A stretch of DNA of 54,746 nt. Origin: Octopus bimaculoides. Lineage: Eukaryota. The notes beneath the pieces were generated by a model. That model was not told the DNA's origin. It ran no database searches and saw only the letters and a list, made by a program, of their open reading frames with translations. Below are positions 1 to 14,060 of the stretch, in pieces (the first letter of the stretch is position 1; each line of letters starts with the position of its first letter). Location: the NCBI RefSeq assembly GCF_001194135.2, contig NC_068982.1, positions 28,036,047 through 28,090,792 of the forward strand, read 5' to 3'. Both the position numbers and the translations under genes were made by a program.

Positions 1-104
<104 letters not shown>

Positions 105-455
105 GTACATATATATCTATTCAGGTATACATGTTTGCTTATATATACAGGTATGCAATACGTACACACCTAGTTTTATAGTTATGACAACAGGGTAAGT
201 TGTAATATGGGCATAAAACCAAAAGCTAATAATTCTATGTAAGATGTGAATGAAACTAGAATTATTCTGCCAACAAGCGCTGTGGCTGATAACTTTGTAA
301 CTGTATGTGTTCTGTTAGAGCCAAGTGAAGCATAACATAAATATTATGAATAGTCAGATTAATAAAACATTACAGTAAAAAAGCAATATTGTTTGGCCAA
401 TATCAGTCATATAATTATATAATGTTGCATTATATACAAACACAAAAACAGTTTT

Positions 456-492
<37 letters not shown>

Positions 493-649
493 NNNNNNNN
501 NNNNNNNNNNNNNNNNNNNNNNNNNNNNNNNNNNNNNNNNNNNNNNNNNNNNNNNNNNNNNNNNNNNNNNNNNNNNNNNNNNNNNNNNNNNNNNNNNNNN
601 NNNNNNNNNNNNNNNNNNNNNNNNNNNNNNNNNNNNNNNNNNNNATATA

Positions 650-684
<35 letters not shown>

Positions 685-2404
685 TTATATGTATGTATGT
701 ATGTATGTATGTATATGTGTGTGTGTATGTGTGTATTTATCTCTTTTACTTTTTTTCTCTCCTCTTCTACCTCCCACTTCCCTCTAATTTCACTTCTGTG
801 TAGATGTGTTCTTGTGTAGTAAATACATCCAGTCATAAAGAAACAAGGATAAATAGTAAAAATATAATGAGAATCAAGTGAAAATTAACCCCTGTATTTT
901 CTGAAATGACTATAGCAATACCTCATTGAGTGATCTCCTTCATAACGATACCCTGCTTTTGTGATATTTACTTTTTAAATTATAAAAATATAAACCCAAT
1001 AGATAATTATACAAAGTAAATATTAGGCATGCATAATCATTGCTTTCAAAGTTTAATTACCACATTGTATAGGTGCAACTGTGACTTTGTGGTAAAGAAG
1101 TTTGCTTCCCAGCCACATGGTTCTGATTTCAGCCCTACTGCATGGCACCTTGGACAGGTGTCTTCTACTACATACAGCTCTGGGCTGACTAATGCCTTGC
1201 GAGTGGATTTGGTTGACAGAAACTGAACTATGTTTGTCGTGTGCATGTGTGTGTGTTACTCTCTTCTTGCCTTGACAGCTGTAAATGAGTGTCACTGTTA
1301 TGCAAGTGGTGTCCTTTATGGTAGTGTAATCAAACCAACACCAGTTTTCAAGTGGTGGTGGGGAACAAACACAGACACTGAGACACTCCCACACACACAC
1401 ACACACACACGAAAGGCTTCTTTTAGTTTTTGTCTACCAAATCCATTCACAAGCCTTTGGTTAGCCCAGAGCTGCAACAGAAGACACGAGCAGTAGGACT
1501 GAACTTGAAACCTTCACTCTCTCAGTCGTATCTGCCAGATGAAAAGCATTTATTGCAGATATATGATATTACTACTTTTTAGTTTTAAGCATGTATTTAA
1601 GCAAATGATTTAATCTCTATTCCTCATTGGCTTATTCTAACCATTACTAGCAGGTTTCTGTTTGCAACCAAGATGTGGTTGGCTGGCAGTGTTTGGCTTA
1701 AATTTTAGAAATTTAACAATTTACTGCATAAAGGCAAAAGTAAAAATACTTAATGCTAAGAGTCAAATTAATACTGAACACAATTGAAACAACAATTCTC
1801 TTTAATCTGTTGGTGAGACTTGTTTACTTTGTCCAACTTGGCATTGTTCCAGATGAGCAAAATACAAACTAAAGTAAATAGTCTATTCAAATTTCCTTGG
1901 TATTTATTTATGTTTTTCTCTTATTTTTTTTCTTTATAAGGATATTTTAAAATAGAATTGAGTTTTCTTTTTATTGCCAAATGCACTTGTCATTGCCAAA
2001 TATTTCATTGCATAGAATACAATATAATAATAAAAAAAAAAAAGAGCTAAAACTAAAATAAATGATTAAAATTTCCCCTCGAGGTTTCAGCTATTAACGT
2101 TTTGTTACATACTACTCGACAACTTTTATGGCCGATAGGCAGCAAAGCTTATAAATGCTGACTTTATCGTAACATGTCCTTCCTGCATATTAGAAGAATG
2201 TTTTAAATGTAAATTTTTTTCCAATACCAATCACATTTCCTGCAAATTCTAGACCTAACACCCTCCAGTAACCTTTCAAATTGAACTGCAGTCTTCTCAT
2301 AGCCAAAAGTGCATTGTAGCTGCTGGCTTTCTTCTCCAAGAGTAGAAAGCATTCGAATCTTTAACACCTGCTAAACCTTTGCACAAATCAAATATGTTAT
2401 TTGG

Positions 2405-2739
2405 TATACATACAAACATACATACATACATACATGCATACATACATACATACATACATACATACATACATACGTGCATAGATACATACATACATACATG
2501 CATGCATGCATGCATACATACATACATACATACATACATACATACATACAAACATATATACATACATACATGCATACATACATGCATACATAATACATGC
2601 ATGCATACATACATGCATGCATGCATACATACATACATACATACATACAAACATACAAACATATATACATACATACATACATACATACAAACATACATAC
2701 ATACATACATACATACATACATACATACATACATACATA
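2405..2739 (+). repeat. (TACA)n/(TGCA)n microsatellite running into an N gap; (GA)n follows at 3334-3400
   Basis: Directly visible. Confidence 0.95.
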
Positions 2740-3333
2740 NNNNNNNNNNNNNNNNNNNNNNNNNNNNNNNNNNNNNNNNNNNNNNNNNNNNNNNNNNNNN
2801 NNNNNNNNNNNNNNNNNNNNNNNNNNNNNNNNNNNNNNNNNNNNNNNNNNNNNNNNNNNNNNNNNNNNNNNNNNNNNNNNNNNNNNNNNNNNNNNNNNNN
2901 NNNNNNNNNNNNNNNNNNNNNNNNNNNNNNNNNNNNNNNNNNNNNNNNNNNNNNNNNNNNNNNNNNNNNNNNNNNNNNNNNNNNNNNNNNNNNNNNNNNN
3001 NNNNNNNNNNNNNNNNNNNNNNNNNNNNNNNNNNNNNNNNNNNNNNNNNNNNNNNNNNNNNNNNNNNNNNNNNNNNNNNNNNNNNNNNNNNNNNNNNNNN
3101 NNNNNNNNNNNNNNNNNNNNNNNNNNNNNNNNNNNNNNNNNNNNNNNNNNNNNNNNNNNNNNNNNNNNNNNNNNNNNNNNNNNNNNNNNNNNNNNNNNNN
3201 NNNNNNNNNNNNNNNNNNNNNNNNNNNNNNNNNNNNNNNNNNNNNNNNNNNNNNNNNNNNNNNNNNNNNNNNNNNNNNNNNNNNNNNNNNNNNNNNNNNN
3301 NNNNNNNNNNNNNNNNNNNNNNNNNNNNNNNNN

Positions 3334-3401
<68 letters not shown>

Positions 3402-3522
3402 TTATATATTTTATAGAATAGGGAGTCAAAAATAAAGAAAAAAACAGTACTATGAAAAAAGATAGGTAGATAGTTAAAGATGCATGCACACACACATACA
3501 CACACACACACACAAAGGGAGA

Positions 3523-3561
<39 letters not shown>

Positions 3562-5592
3562 TGAGAGAGAGAGAAGCTATTGGCAAGAAAGGAAAATCGG
3601 TTGCTGCTAGAGGGAGATGATATACCACATGACTCCTGGAAAGAAGAAGAACAAAGACAGTCCTGATAAAATCAGAATGAAAGGGGATGGAAATAAATAC
3701 TATTAGTTGTTTAGCCCCAGGTCAGCCTGATTGAGCAGAATTATGATAAAGAGCATTCTAGTTGCGGCCATCCTGTCTTTTTGTATATCAATGACAGGAT
3801 TGTCCATTATCTAAGATAGTAAAATGTAATATCAAGGAGAGGAGAAATGGCTGTTGTTTCTAGCAAGTTCAGTGACATGTAGAGCATCCATAAAATACTG
3901 TAAGTTATTTAGTCAAGAGATTTACTATTTGTGTCAATCCTATCAGTCCCAAGTCTTTACATGGTTACTTAACCTGCTTGAAATAGCAACCAAAGCTCCC
4001 TCAAAGCACATATGCACATCATATTGTCTTAAAAAAAGAAAAATTATTGGATAATGTCCTTGTCTTAATAGTAAGTGTAAATATGACCCTGTGGTTAAGA
4101 AACTTACTTTGCAGCCATGTGGTTTTGGGTTCACTCCCTTTGCACAGCATCTTAGGCACCTATTTTCGTCCCAGACTAACGTAGGCTTTGTGAGTGAATT
4201 GGTAGATGAAAACTGAATGGAAACCTGTTGTGTGTACGTGTCTATCTTTGTAATTATGTTTATCTTTTGTCCACTGCTTGATGACTAGCGTTGGTTTGTT
4301 TACATCCTCATAAATGAATGGTTTGATAAAAAAGACTGATAGAATAAATTCAGACTCAGAAATAAGTAGTTGGGTGGGCGAGAGGTGGGGGGATGCAATT
4401 TGTTTGACTAAACCTTTCAAAGCAATGCCCCAGCATGGCTGCAGTTCAATGATTTGAACCAAGTAAAAGGTAATTCCACTATGTTTGAGGAAAAAAAAAA
4501 AGAAAAGAAAGAAATTGAACCAAATGGAAAGAGCAGACAACATATGACCTGACTAGCAGACAAGAGAAGAAAATATGTCATCATCATAATTTCGTTTTGA
4601 TGTTGGTAATATGTTGAACTTTAAGAAAATTTTTTTCCTGGAATAAAAGAAAAAATGTTGATACATTGCTTTCAGGGTTGTGCTGAATATGACTACATAA
4701 GTATTGTTACATAAAACTTCTTTTTATTTGTGTCAAGAGTAGGTAAAAANNNNNNNNNNNNNNNNNNNNNNNNNNNNNNNNNNNNNNNNNNNNNNNNNNN
4801 NNNNNNNNNNNNNNNNNNNNNNNNNNNNNNNNNNNNNNNNNNNNNNNNNNNNNNNNNNNNNNNNNNNNNNNNNNNNNNNNNNNNNNNNNNNNNNNNNNNN
4901 NNNNNNNNNNNNNNNNNNNNNNNNNNNNNNNNNNNNNNNNNNNNNNNNNNNNNNNNNNNNNNNNNNNNNNNNNNNNNNNNNNNNNNNNNNNNNNNNNNNN
5001 NNNNNNNNNNNATATATATATTATTTGTTTACTTCTTTATATATATATATCATTTCTTTATTTCTTTATATATATATCATTTTTTTATTTTTTATATCAC
5101 ATTATATACATTAATGTTAGCTAAAATAGCATTGGTGGGGAAAAAAAACTTTGGTCAGTAAGAGTGAATCACAGTAATTGCTTTCTAAATTCTACTTCTC
5201 TGGTGTTGTAAACAACTTAAGTTGCTTTTTTTTTTTATATAGTACCTGAAAGTTAGGTTCTCTCTCTTAGTAATGGAAGAAAGGAACTGTTTGAGTTATA
5301 AGGAATGAAATGTTATTCATTTGATTTACAGCACAAATTTTAAAGGGCACAGAGTTTGTTTGAGGTTGAGATTTGCCAATGGTTATTGACATTTGATAAA
5401 TGGATGCATGAAATAGTTAATATTAGCAAAATTTAACGGGAATTTCTGGAGAAGTTAAGAACCATTTGTTTCAAGTTAAGCAGGAAGTAATCTCTTGTTC
5501 TCTCAGTGTGTGTGTGTGTGTGTAAGATGTATGTATGTATGTATGTGTGCACATGTATATTCATTTATGCATATATATGTATATATTATGTA

Positions 5593-5655
<63 letters not shown>

Positions 5656-6295
5656 TATAATCTACGTTATAACCTTATACAAAGCTCCTCCACAGATGTT
5701 GGCTATCATATGCTATCGTATGGCAGGTATTTTCCCTTTACTGGATATACATGTGGAAATTCATTAATATCCATAGAATTCATGCAAAAATATTATAATA
5801 CAAGATGGGATGAAAGGCTTTAATCCAAATCACCACAATTGTTTCCATGCATTAGTATCAGCTGGAAATTGCTGAGTGTTTCACATATTATGCACATTCT
5901 TACATTAGCAAGATCCAATAACTGCTGTGTACCTGCATGTTTTTAGGTGGCTAAGTTTGAGAGCACTACCAGGTCATCTATAGTTTCCCATTATTTTATA
6001 TCCTTATTCTATCTTTAGCATTGCACTGACAAATAACAACACTGAAATACAGCGATGCAAATGATGAAAAATACCCAAAATAAATCAATGGAAATAAAAA
6101 TCTAAAATATAGAATATAAAATAAACAAACCACTTATTCAGTCCATTCTTTAGCATAGACATGTCTCGACTGTTATGAAAAGAGATGAGCACCCTAAGAT
6201 TATAATGTTGTAAAATACACAGACTGGAAGAATTCCTTATATCTAGTGTTTGTAAGCTTTCTACTTCAAAGGAAATTATTTGTGTATGTTCACCA

Positions 6296-6333
<38 letters not shown>

Positions 6334-7189
6334 ATCTCTCTCTCTCTCTCTCTCTCTATCTCTTTCTCTCTATATCTCTCTCTCTCTCTCACACACACAC
6401 ATGCATGGTTGTATTGTTTAGAAGTTTGTTTCTCAACTGTGTGGTTTTGGGTTCAATCCACTTGCATGGCACTTTGCACAAATGCTTTCTACTATTAGCA
6501 TCAGTCTGACCAATACCTTTTAAATGAATTTGGTTGGTGAAAACTATGTAGTATTCTATTGAATATGTGTATCTGTGTCTGTGCACATATATGTACATGT
6601 GCTTATGTGTGTGTATGCATGTTTGTGTGTGTGTCTCACTATTTGAGAACCAGTGTTGGTTCATTTGCATACTGTATCTTAGCAGTCTGGCGAAAAGATG
6701 CTGATAGAATAAACAACAAACTTAAAATAATGGGGATATTTGACTGATTAAACCCTTCAAGGCAGTGCTCTAGCAGGGCTGCAGTTCAATGACTGACACA
6801 AGTAAAAGAATAAAAGAATATATACCAATGAAATATTTTTCATCCAACAATTTTACATATTAGCTTTATCTGTTTAGACCTTTAAATAATTAGTTTTTTT
6901 TATGCCTATGTTACCATAACTTTTGAAAATAATGAAGAATTTAGTAAAATATCCTTCTCATTACTGAGGTGGAGTTTGGAACATAAATTAACATAAAATT
7001 TTGAGTGAAGATCTTAATGTAAATCACTTTAAAACAGAGAGTTTGTGTCATAGAACTAGAGGTGCCCTGAGGTGGATTGGTATCAAAAGGAATAATAGGA
7101 ACAAATTCAATTATCAATATAAGAAACCAAACACTGTATGAGACTAGAAAACAGATGTTAAATCATATACGGTATTTTAGATTTTTTTT

Positions 7190-7764
7190 ACATTATTGTT
7201 TTAACATCCACTTTTCCATGCTTGCGTCAGTCAAATAGAATTCACTGAAGCAGATTTTCTATGACTGGAAGCCCATCCTGTCACCAACACTCACCTGTTT
7301 CCAAGTAAGGTAATAAGTTAAAACTATGAAGGCAAGCAAAAATGTTACCTGTCTTTGAACATTATATTTCAAAATTTCTCATTTTACCAACCAACTTACC
7401 TTTGAAAATATCTACTCGGAATTTATAAGCCTTCTTCAGTTTCACTTAGCTTGTTTTAAATACATTCTTTCTACAATTGATAATTAATTAAAGTTTATCC
7501 ATGATCTCTTTAGAAACAGCTGCAAGTATTTGTTGTAGCATTATAAGTTTTCATGTAACCTAGTTTTAGCGCTTTGTCTTTTGCTAAATAATATCACATG
7601 ACCGCCACCGCCGTCATCATCATCATTGTGATCATCAACATTATTGTTTTAACATCCACTTTTCCATGCTTGCGTCAGTCAAATAGAATTCACTGAAGCA
7701 GATTTTCTATGACTGGAAGCCCATCCTGTCACCAACACTCACCTGTTTCCAAGTAAGGTAATAA
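7190..7764 (+). repeat. 127-bp direct repeat pair (7190-7316 and 7638-7764)
   Basis: I saw no differences between the two copies of this family C SINE segment. Confidence 0.9.
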
Positions 7765-7863
7765 TTTCCTCATGGCCAGACATGTTTTCATGGACAATTG
7801 GAAATAAAGGTCACTGTTTGTATGCAGTGATGTCATGACAAGAAGACACAAGCCTCTCCCTCT

Positions 7864-7934
<71 letters not shown>

Positions 7935-9063
7935 GTACTGTTCTCTCATGGTAAGATCAGCAAAAAGAGTATTCCATCTGGTGAGAGATAAATATTATTT
8001 AATAAACACTGTACACATGTATGATAGGCTTCTTTCAGTTTCCCCATCTATCAAATCTACTCACATGGTTTTTCAGTGGCCCGGGGCTATAGTGGAAGAC
8101 ACTTGTCCAAGATACTTTGCAATGGGACCAAACCCAATTTTATATAAATTTCTGTTTAATAATCATTTGGGAAAATACTTTGAAATATCTGTATAACAAA
8201 TAAGAGAAGTACATGAACAATTTTAATATGCTTCTTTTTAAAGTGTTACTTGAAACTATCAACCACAAACATTTAATTTAGATAAGAATCAAGTGATGAA
8301 GCTGTGATATGCTATTTTTCTTAATTAAATCTAAATTCCAGCTGAATGATGTCAGTCAGGATAATCTTAGTTCTGATTGTGATGATTATAGTCATAGAAC
8401 AGTTGAGAAAATAATGACAAACAACAAAGAGTACTTAAGGAATAATTTATGTTGTATCAAGAATATTCCCTCTTTGTCGGAAAAGTGGGCAGTGTATACC
8501 CGGACTAAAACTATAAATATTTGGCTTAAAATTTTTGGCATAAGGCCAACAATTTCGCTGCTGGTGGGGGGTAAGTTGATTATATTGATCCCAGTATGCA
8601 AATGGTACTTATTTTATCGATCCCAAAAGGATGAAAGGCAAAGTTGACTATGGCAGAATTTTGCCTGCTAATGATTCTGCCATCTCATTACCCTCTAAAA
8701 CTATAAATATTAATTATTAAATATAAAAAATGTACATAATTCCTTGTTCAGTATACAAATATTTATGTAATACATGAAATTTAATAGATATAATTCAATA
8801 AATGTTAAATATTTTTACTGGAAGAATAATTTCAAACTGACTTTCTTAAGTAATATATGTGCGTATATGTATGTGACTGTGTGGTAATAATTTTGCTTCC
8901 CAACCACGACTTGGGGTGGCGGTGGGGTCAGTCCCACTGCATGGCATCTTGGACAAGTGTCTTCTACTATAACCCCCAGCCGACCAAAGCCTTGAGAGAG
9001 GATTTGGTAGATGGAAACTGAAAGAAGCCTGTTGTATGTATGTGTATATATATATAGTTTATG

Positions 9064-9106
<43 letters not shown>

Positions 9107-9114
9107 CTAGACAC

Positions 9115-9512
9115 AGGCATGGCTGTGTGGTAAGAAGCTTGCTTCTCAACTACATGGTTCTAATTTCAGTTTCACTGTGTGGCACCTTGGGCAAGTGTCT
9201 TTTACTATAGCCTAGGACTGACTAAAGACTTGTGAGTGGATTTGAGTAGACGGAAACTGAAGGAAGCCTGTTGTATATATCTATATATTTATGTGTGCAT
9301 GTGTGTGTGTCTGTGTTCGCCCCCCCCCCATCGCTTAACAACTGATGCTGGTGTGTTTACATCCCTGTAACCTAGCAGTTCAGCAAAAGAGACTGATAGA
9401 ATAAGTACTAGGCTTACAAAGAATAAGTCCTGGGGTCGATTTCTTCAACTAGAAACCCTTTAAGGTGGTGCTCCTGCATGGCCACAGACAAATGACTGAA
9501 ACAAGTAAAAGA
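9115..9512 (+). mobile_element. SINE family A (GGCTGTGTGGTAAG head, internal TA/CA microsatellite, GAAACAAGTAAAAGA end)
   Basis: tRNA-like head with ggttc..gttcagtcccactg-type B box. Related plus-strand copies lie at about 4090-4460, 6400-6820, 8875-9040 and 9730-9848. Confidence 0.85.
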
Positions 9513-9598
9513 ATATATATATATATGTTGGTTTAGTTTGGGTTTTGCTACACTGAGCTTCAGCATAACTTGCCTGATGACCTTGTGCACCTACAGAG

Positions 9599-9929
9599 GA
9601 AACTCAGAGTAGCAAAAAACTGACTCAACCAAAATAATGCATCATATTAATCTCAACTATGGTATCGAGCACTCTATTTCCAAAAATTCACACCTGGCAC
9701 ATAATTTTAAATCGTCATATGTATATACAGACGTGGCTGCATGGTAAGAAGTTTGTTTTTCCAACCAAATGGTTCCAGGTTCAGTCCCACTGCATAGCAC
9801 CTTGGGCAAGTGTCTTCTCCTATAACCTTGAGTTGACTAAAGCCTTGTGAAACTCAGAGTAGCAAAAAACTGACTCAACCAAAATAATACATCATATTAA
9901 TCTCAACTATGGTATCGAGTACTCTATTT
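9599..9929 (+). repeat. 81-bp direct repeat pair (9599-9679 and 9849-9929)
   Basis: Two substitutions (aatgcatc/aatacatc, cgagcac/cgagtac). Confidence 0.9.
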
Positions 9930-10254
9930 TTTTAACAGTTTACACTAAATGCATATCTCTCTATTTTTCTCTCTATTTTTATATACACTCACTCACACAC
10001 TGACACCCACGCATACATATCTTTTATCTTTTACTTGTTTCAGTCATTAGACTGCAGCCATGCTGGGGCACTGCCTGGAAGAATTTATAGTTGAATGTAT
10101 TAACCCCCGCACGTTTTTTTTTCTTTCAGCTTGGTACTTATTCTATCAATCTCTTTTGCCAAACCACTAGGTTACATGAACAGAAAGACATCAATACCAG
10201 TTGCGAAACAGTGGAGGTGGTGGTGGGGACATACACAGACACACATACATAGAT

Positions 10255-10293
<39 letters not shown>

Positions 10294-10877
10294 GATACAC
10301 NNNNNNNNNNNNNNNNNNNNNNNNNNNNNNNNNNNNNNNNNNNNNNNNNNNNNNNNNNNNNNNNNNNNNNNNNNNNNNNNNNNNNNNNNNNNNNNNNNNN
10401 NNNNNNNNNNNNNNNNNNNNNNNNNNNNNNNNTATATATATATATATATATATATGATGTGCTTCTTTCAGTTTCTGTTTACCAAATCTACTCACAAGGC
10501 TTTGGTCAACTCAAGGCTATAGGAGAAGACACTTGCCAAAGGTGCTATGCAGTGGGACTGAACCTGGAACTATGTGGTTGGAAAAACAAACTTCTTACCA
10601 TGCAGTCACGTCTGTATATGCATATGTTGATTTAAAATTATGTGCCAGGCGTGAATCTTTGGAAAGCATTAAAGGTTGTTTTATGAAAGTAGAAGAATTA
10701 TTGATCATTATCCTGGTACAAGTCATTACTGAATAAGGCAATTTCATGTGTCATATCATATGCCTCAGGTAGTAGAGCTGATTTTTATAGAGATGCGTAT
10801 TTTATTCAGTGAGTATAAATCAGTAATAATGAATATATATTATATGTGTGTGTATAAATACATGCATGTGTGTATAT

Positions 10878-11100
10878 ATTCTTCTGTTTTTTCTTCTTTT
10901 ACTTGTTTCAGTCATTTGATTGCAGCCATGCTGGAGCACCGCCTTTAGTTGAGCAAATCAACCCCAGGACTTATTCTTTGTAACCCTAGTACGTATTCTA
11001 TCGGTCTCTTTTGCTGAACTGCTAAGTTACGGGGATGTAAACACACCAGCATCGGTTGTCAAGCATTGTTGGGGGGACAAACACAGACTCACAAACATAT

Positions 11101-11145
<45 letters not shown>

Positions 11146-11318
11146 CATACGTACGACGAGCTTCTTTCAGTTTCCGTCTACCAAATCCACTCACAAGGCT
11201 TTGGTTGGCCCGAGGCTATAGTAGAAGACACTTGCCCAAGGTGCCACACGGTGGGAATGAACCCGGAACCATGTGGTTGGTAAGCAAGCTACTTATCACA
11301 CAGCTACTCCTGTGCCTA
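10878..11318 (-). mobile_element. SINE family A, inverted full-length copy
   Basis: Reverse complement of 9115-9512. Other minus copies lie at about 10020-10620, 32440-32790, 41880-42070 and 42666-43880 (across an N gap). Confidence 0.85.
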
Positions 11319-11547
11319 ATATATATATATATATATATATATAAATATACATACAATAGTGTTTATGATGGTTAACATGCTTTTGCAGTTTTAACCTACT
11401 CAGCTTTATATTTCTATAATAGATGTTTAGGTATGCACAAGTGTATATATTAGTGGTATTTCCTGTATGAATGCAATGCATGCCTAAGTTATAAGTAAAA
11501 TAAATGTTTCATTTTTATGAGTGACAGCTGGATATCAAATACAGCCC

Positions 11548-11905
11548 CAGTGTCTCTACCTCCTCTACCTTCTCCTCCTTATTCTCTTCCTCCTAATTCT
11601 CCTCTTCATCCTCCAGTTCACCTCCTCTTCCTCCATCCTGTTCCTCTCCTCATTCTTCTCATTCTCCATCCTGCTCCCTCCTCATCTTTCTCTCCTCTTT
11701 CTTCATCTTTTCTGCCTTCTTCTCTCCTTTACCTCTCTTTTCTTCCCTCCCATCCTCGTCTTCCCTCCCATCCTCGTCTTCCCTCCCATCCTCGTCTTCC
11801 CTCCCATCCTCGTCTTCCCTCCTCCTCCTCCTCCTCGCTCCCCCACCCTATCTCCTCCTCCTCTTCCACCTTATCTCCTCCTCCCCTCACCACCACCACT
11901 GCCAC
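11548..11905 (+). repeat. Polypyrimidine (C/T) tract with four exact 18-bp units cttccctcccatcctcgt at 11742-11813
   Basis: Directly visible, with almost no purines on the plus strand. Confidence 0.9.
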
Positions 11906-12484
11906 CACCACCATTGCTGTCATCACTGACACCTTTGGCATCTCATAATCCTTTCTACTATATGCACAAAGCCTGAAATTTGGTGGGGAAGGGACGAGTC
12001 GATTACATTGACCCCAATGTTTCACTGGTACTTAATTTATCAACCCTGAAAGGATGAAAGGCAAAATTGACCTTGGCAGAATTTGAACTCTGAACGTGAA
12101 GACAGACAAAATACCATTGAGCATTTTGCCCGGCATGATAACGATCCTGCCAGCTTTCGCTGTCTAATAATAATAATAGTGTCATTGGATGATTATGATT
12201 CTTTTTGGTTTTGAACAAAGCCAAACCTTTGCAGAGAAGTGATATCTGTTGTTGACTGAACCTCAGTACATGACTGGTATTTATCATATGCACCTGAAGG
12301 GTCGAATGATAAAATAGACACCTGTGAGAGATATAAACCCAGGGTTGTAAAGATATAATAATGTTAAGGTTTATAGTTTCAGGTTTTTGGAATGTCTACC
12401 AATCCAGTGTACTACCTTAGTAATAATGGTTTCTCATATTAGCAATGGTATTTCATTGCTGTATAATATATATATGGAGTGAAT

Positions 12485-12715
12485 ACTCCATATGACTGCA
12501 AGATTGTGGTTTCAAGACTGGTGGTGCATTGTGTTCTTGAGCATTGCTCCATTCCACCCAGGTTTACATGGGTAACCTTGTGATGGACTGGAATTTCATT
12601 CAAGGGAAATGTTAGACTATCTGCCCAGCCAGCAGGGTGGCATCATTTCAAAAGCCACAACAATGTGAGGAAGTGCATTGTGACCAGTGGTGTATAACAA
12701 TAGTCTGTTTGATGT
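12485..12715 (+). mobile_element. Older tRNA-derived SINE with a V-SINE-like core
   Basis: Head gtggtttcaagactgg...gtgttcttgagca and core ggtaaccttgtgatggactgg. The family assignment is from recalled similarity. Confidence 0.45.
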
Positions 12716-14060
12716 TGTGATACTACATCAACCAGATTATTGGAGCTCAAAGTTGTTATCAAAGCCTTCAAGGATTTGAACATGAAATATGAGACCATAG
12801 TCACCATTTAGTTGTTACTCACTAATGCACTTGAGAAAGGCATGAAAAAACACTACATTCAGTCTTTCACCAATTAGAAATATGAGCTTTTATTTAAGAT
12901 ACTCTAATTATAGGAAATCCTTCGTGATAGGTAATACATGACATTTCCTCTATTCAAGAGAAACAATTCCATCAAATTTCACATTCACTTGATAAAGTCT
13001 TTCATTATTCACAAAGAATAAACTAACTACTTCATATGGTTAAATTACAATAAGAAATGTATCACTTTGTTTTTATCTAAAATATTTTTACACCATCTTT
13101 ATCACCAAAACTATCTTTCAAATATACATTTTGGACAATGATCTTAAATCTTTTTGACTTCACAGTGCATAAGAGATTAAATTTTTTTAAAAAAATGACT
13201 CTAGCACTTTCCATAGAAAGATGATCAAAACTATATTTTCTTGTTGAAAGATATAAAAAAAACAGAGCAAGTTATTGCTTATTTTATTTTATTCATCATG
13301 TTTATTTATTTATTTGTTCATTTGATGTCCATTTTCCTGAGCTGGTATGGCTTGGATAGGAATTGATTTTGAAGCAGGATTCTGTGGCTGGGTGCTCTTC
13401 CTGTGATCAACCTTCATTGACCAGTCATAATGTTAACAAAGAATGTCACTGTTGTCTCTTCTTTGCTCAAATAGTGATATGCAAAATATCAACACTCATA
13501 CATGTTCACACAAAAACACAATGTTTAGTTAATTACAGTTTTAGTCTACTAAATTCACTCATGTGGCATTGGTTGATCTGGGGTTATATTAGGAAACATT
13601 TGCCCAAGGTGCTATGCAGAGGGTCAGAACATAAAACCACTTGGTTGCAAAGCAAACTACTTAACTATACAGCCATGCCTGCACTTTGTGTATAACGAAG
13701 TTATGTTATTTACAAAATTAAGAATCACATGTTACTCATAATTTTAGTATTTAGCATTAAGAAGGATTTTCTGAATCCTTAAATTATATTTTTAAAATCC
13801 ACACTGTACATAGACACTTACAAGAGAATCATTGATTTGGGGAGATATAGTGGTTAAGACATAGTTGTTGAGAGAATTTGGTCTTACAGGATTAACTGAT
13901 AGGTTGAAAGAATGTTTTCAATATAACCTTGTTTTTGTGAATTTGACCTTGGCTCTTAATTTTGCACCTCTCAGTTATGGTCAGTAGATACCAAATTTTC
14001 TAGGAATGTTAGATTCATCTAGTTAGAAAATCTCTATAAAAGATGAAAGTAGTAATTACA

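Noticed and set aside
2240-2367. Protein-like minus-strand frame VLKIRMLSTLGEESQQLQCTFGYEKTAVQFERLLEG
   Set aside because: The acceptor is purine-rich, the donor is weak, there is no partner exon and I recognise no homology. It is left unresolved.
354-3628. Long ORFs in the track (e.g. 2297-3628, 2371-3513, 2379-3416)
   Set aside because: They consist of microsatellite translations and N gaps, not genes.
8342-8510. Possible upstream FAM81-like exon LNDVSQDNLSSDCDDYSHRTVEK...
   Set aside because: It has a plausible acceptor but no good phase-0 donor and no recognisable FAM81 similarity.
11517-12025. Pro/Ser-rich and Glu/Gly-rich ORFs
   Set aside because: They are by-products of the polypyrimidine tract, with no splice or homology support.
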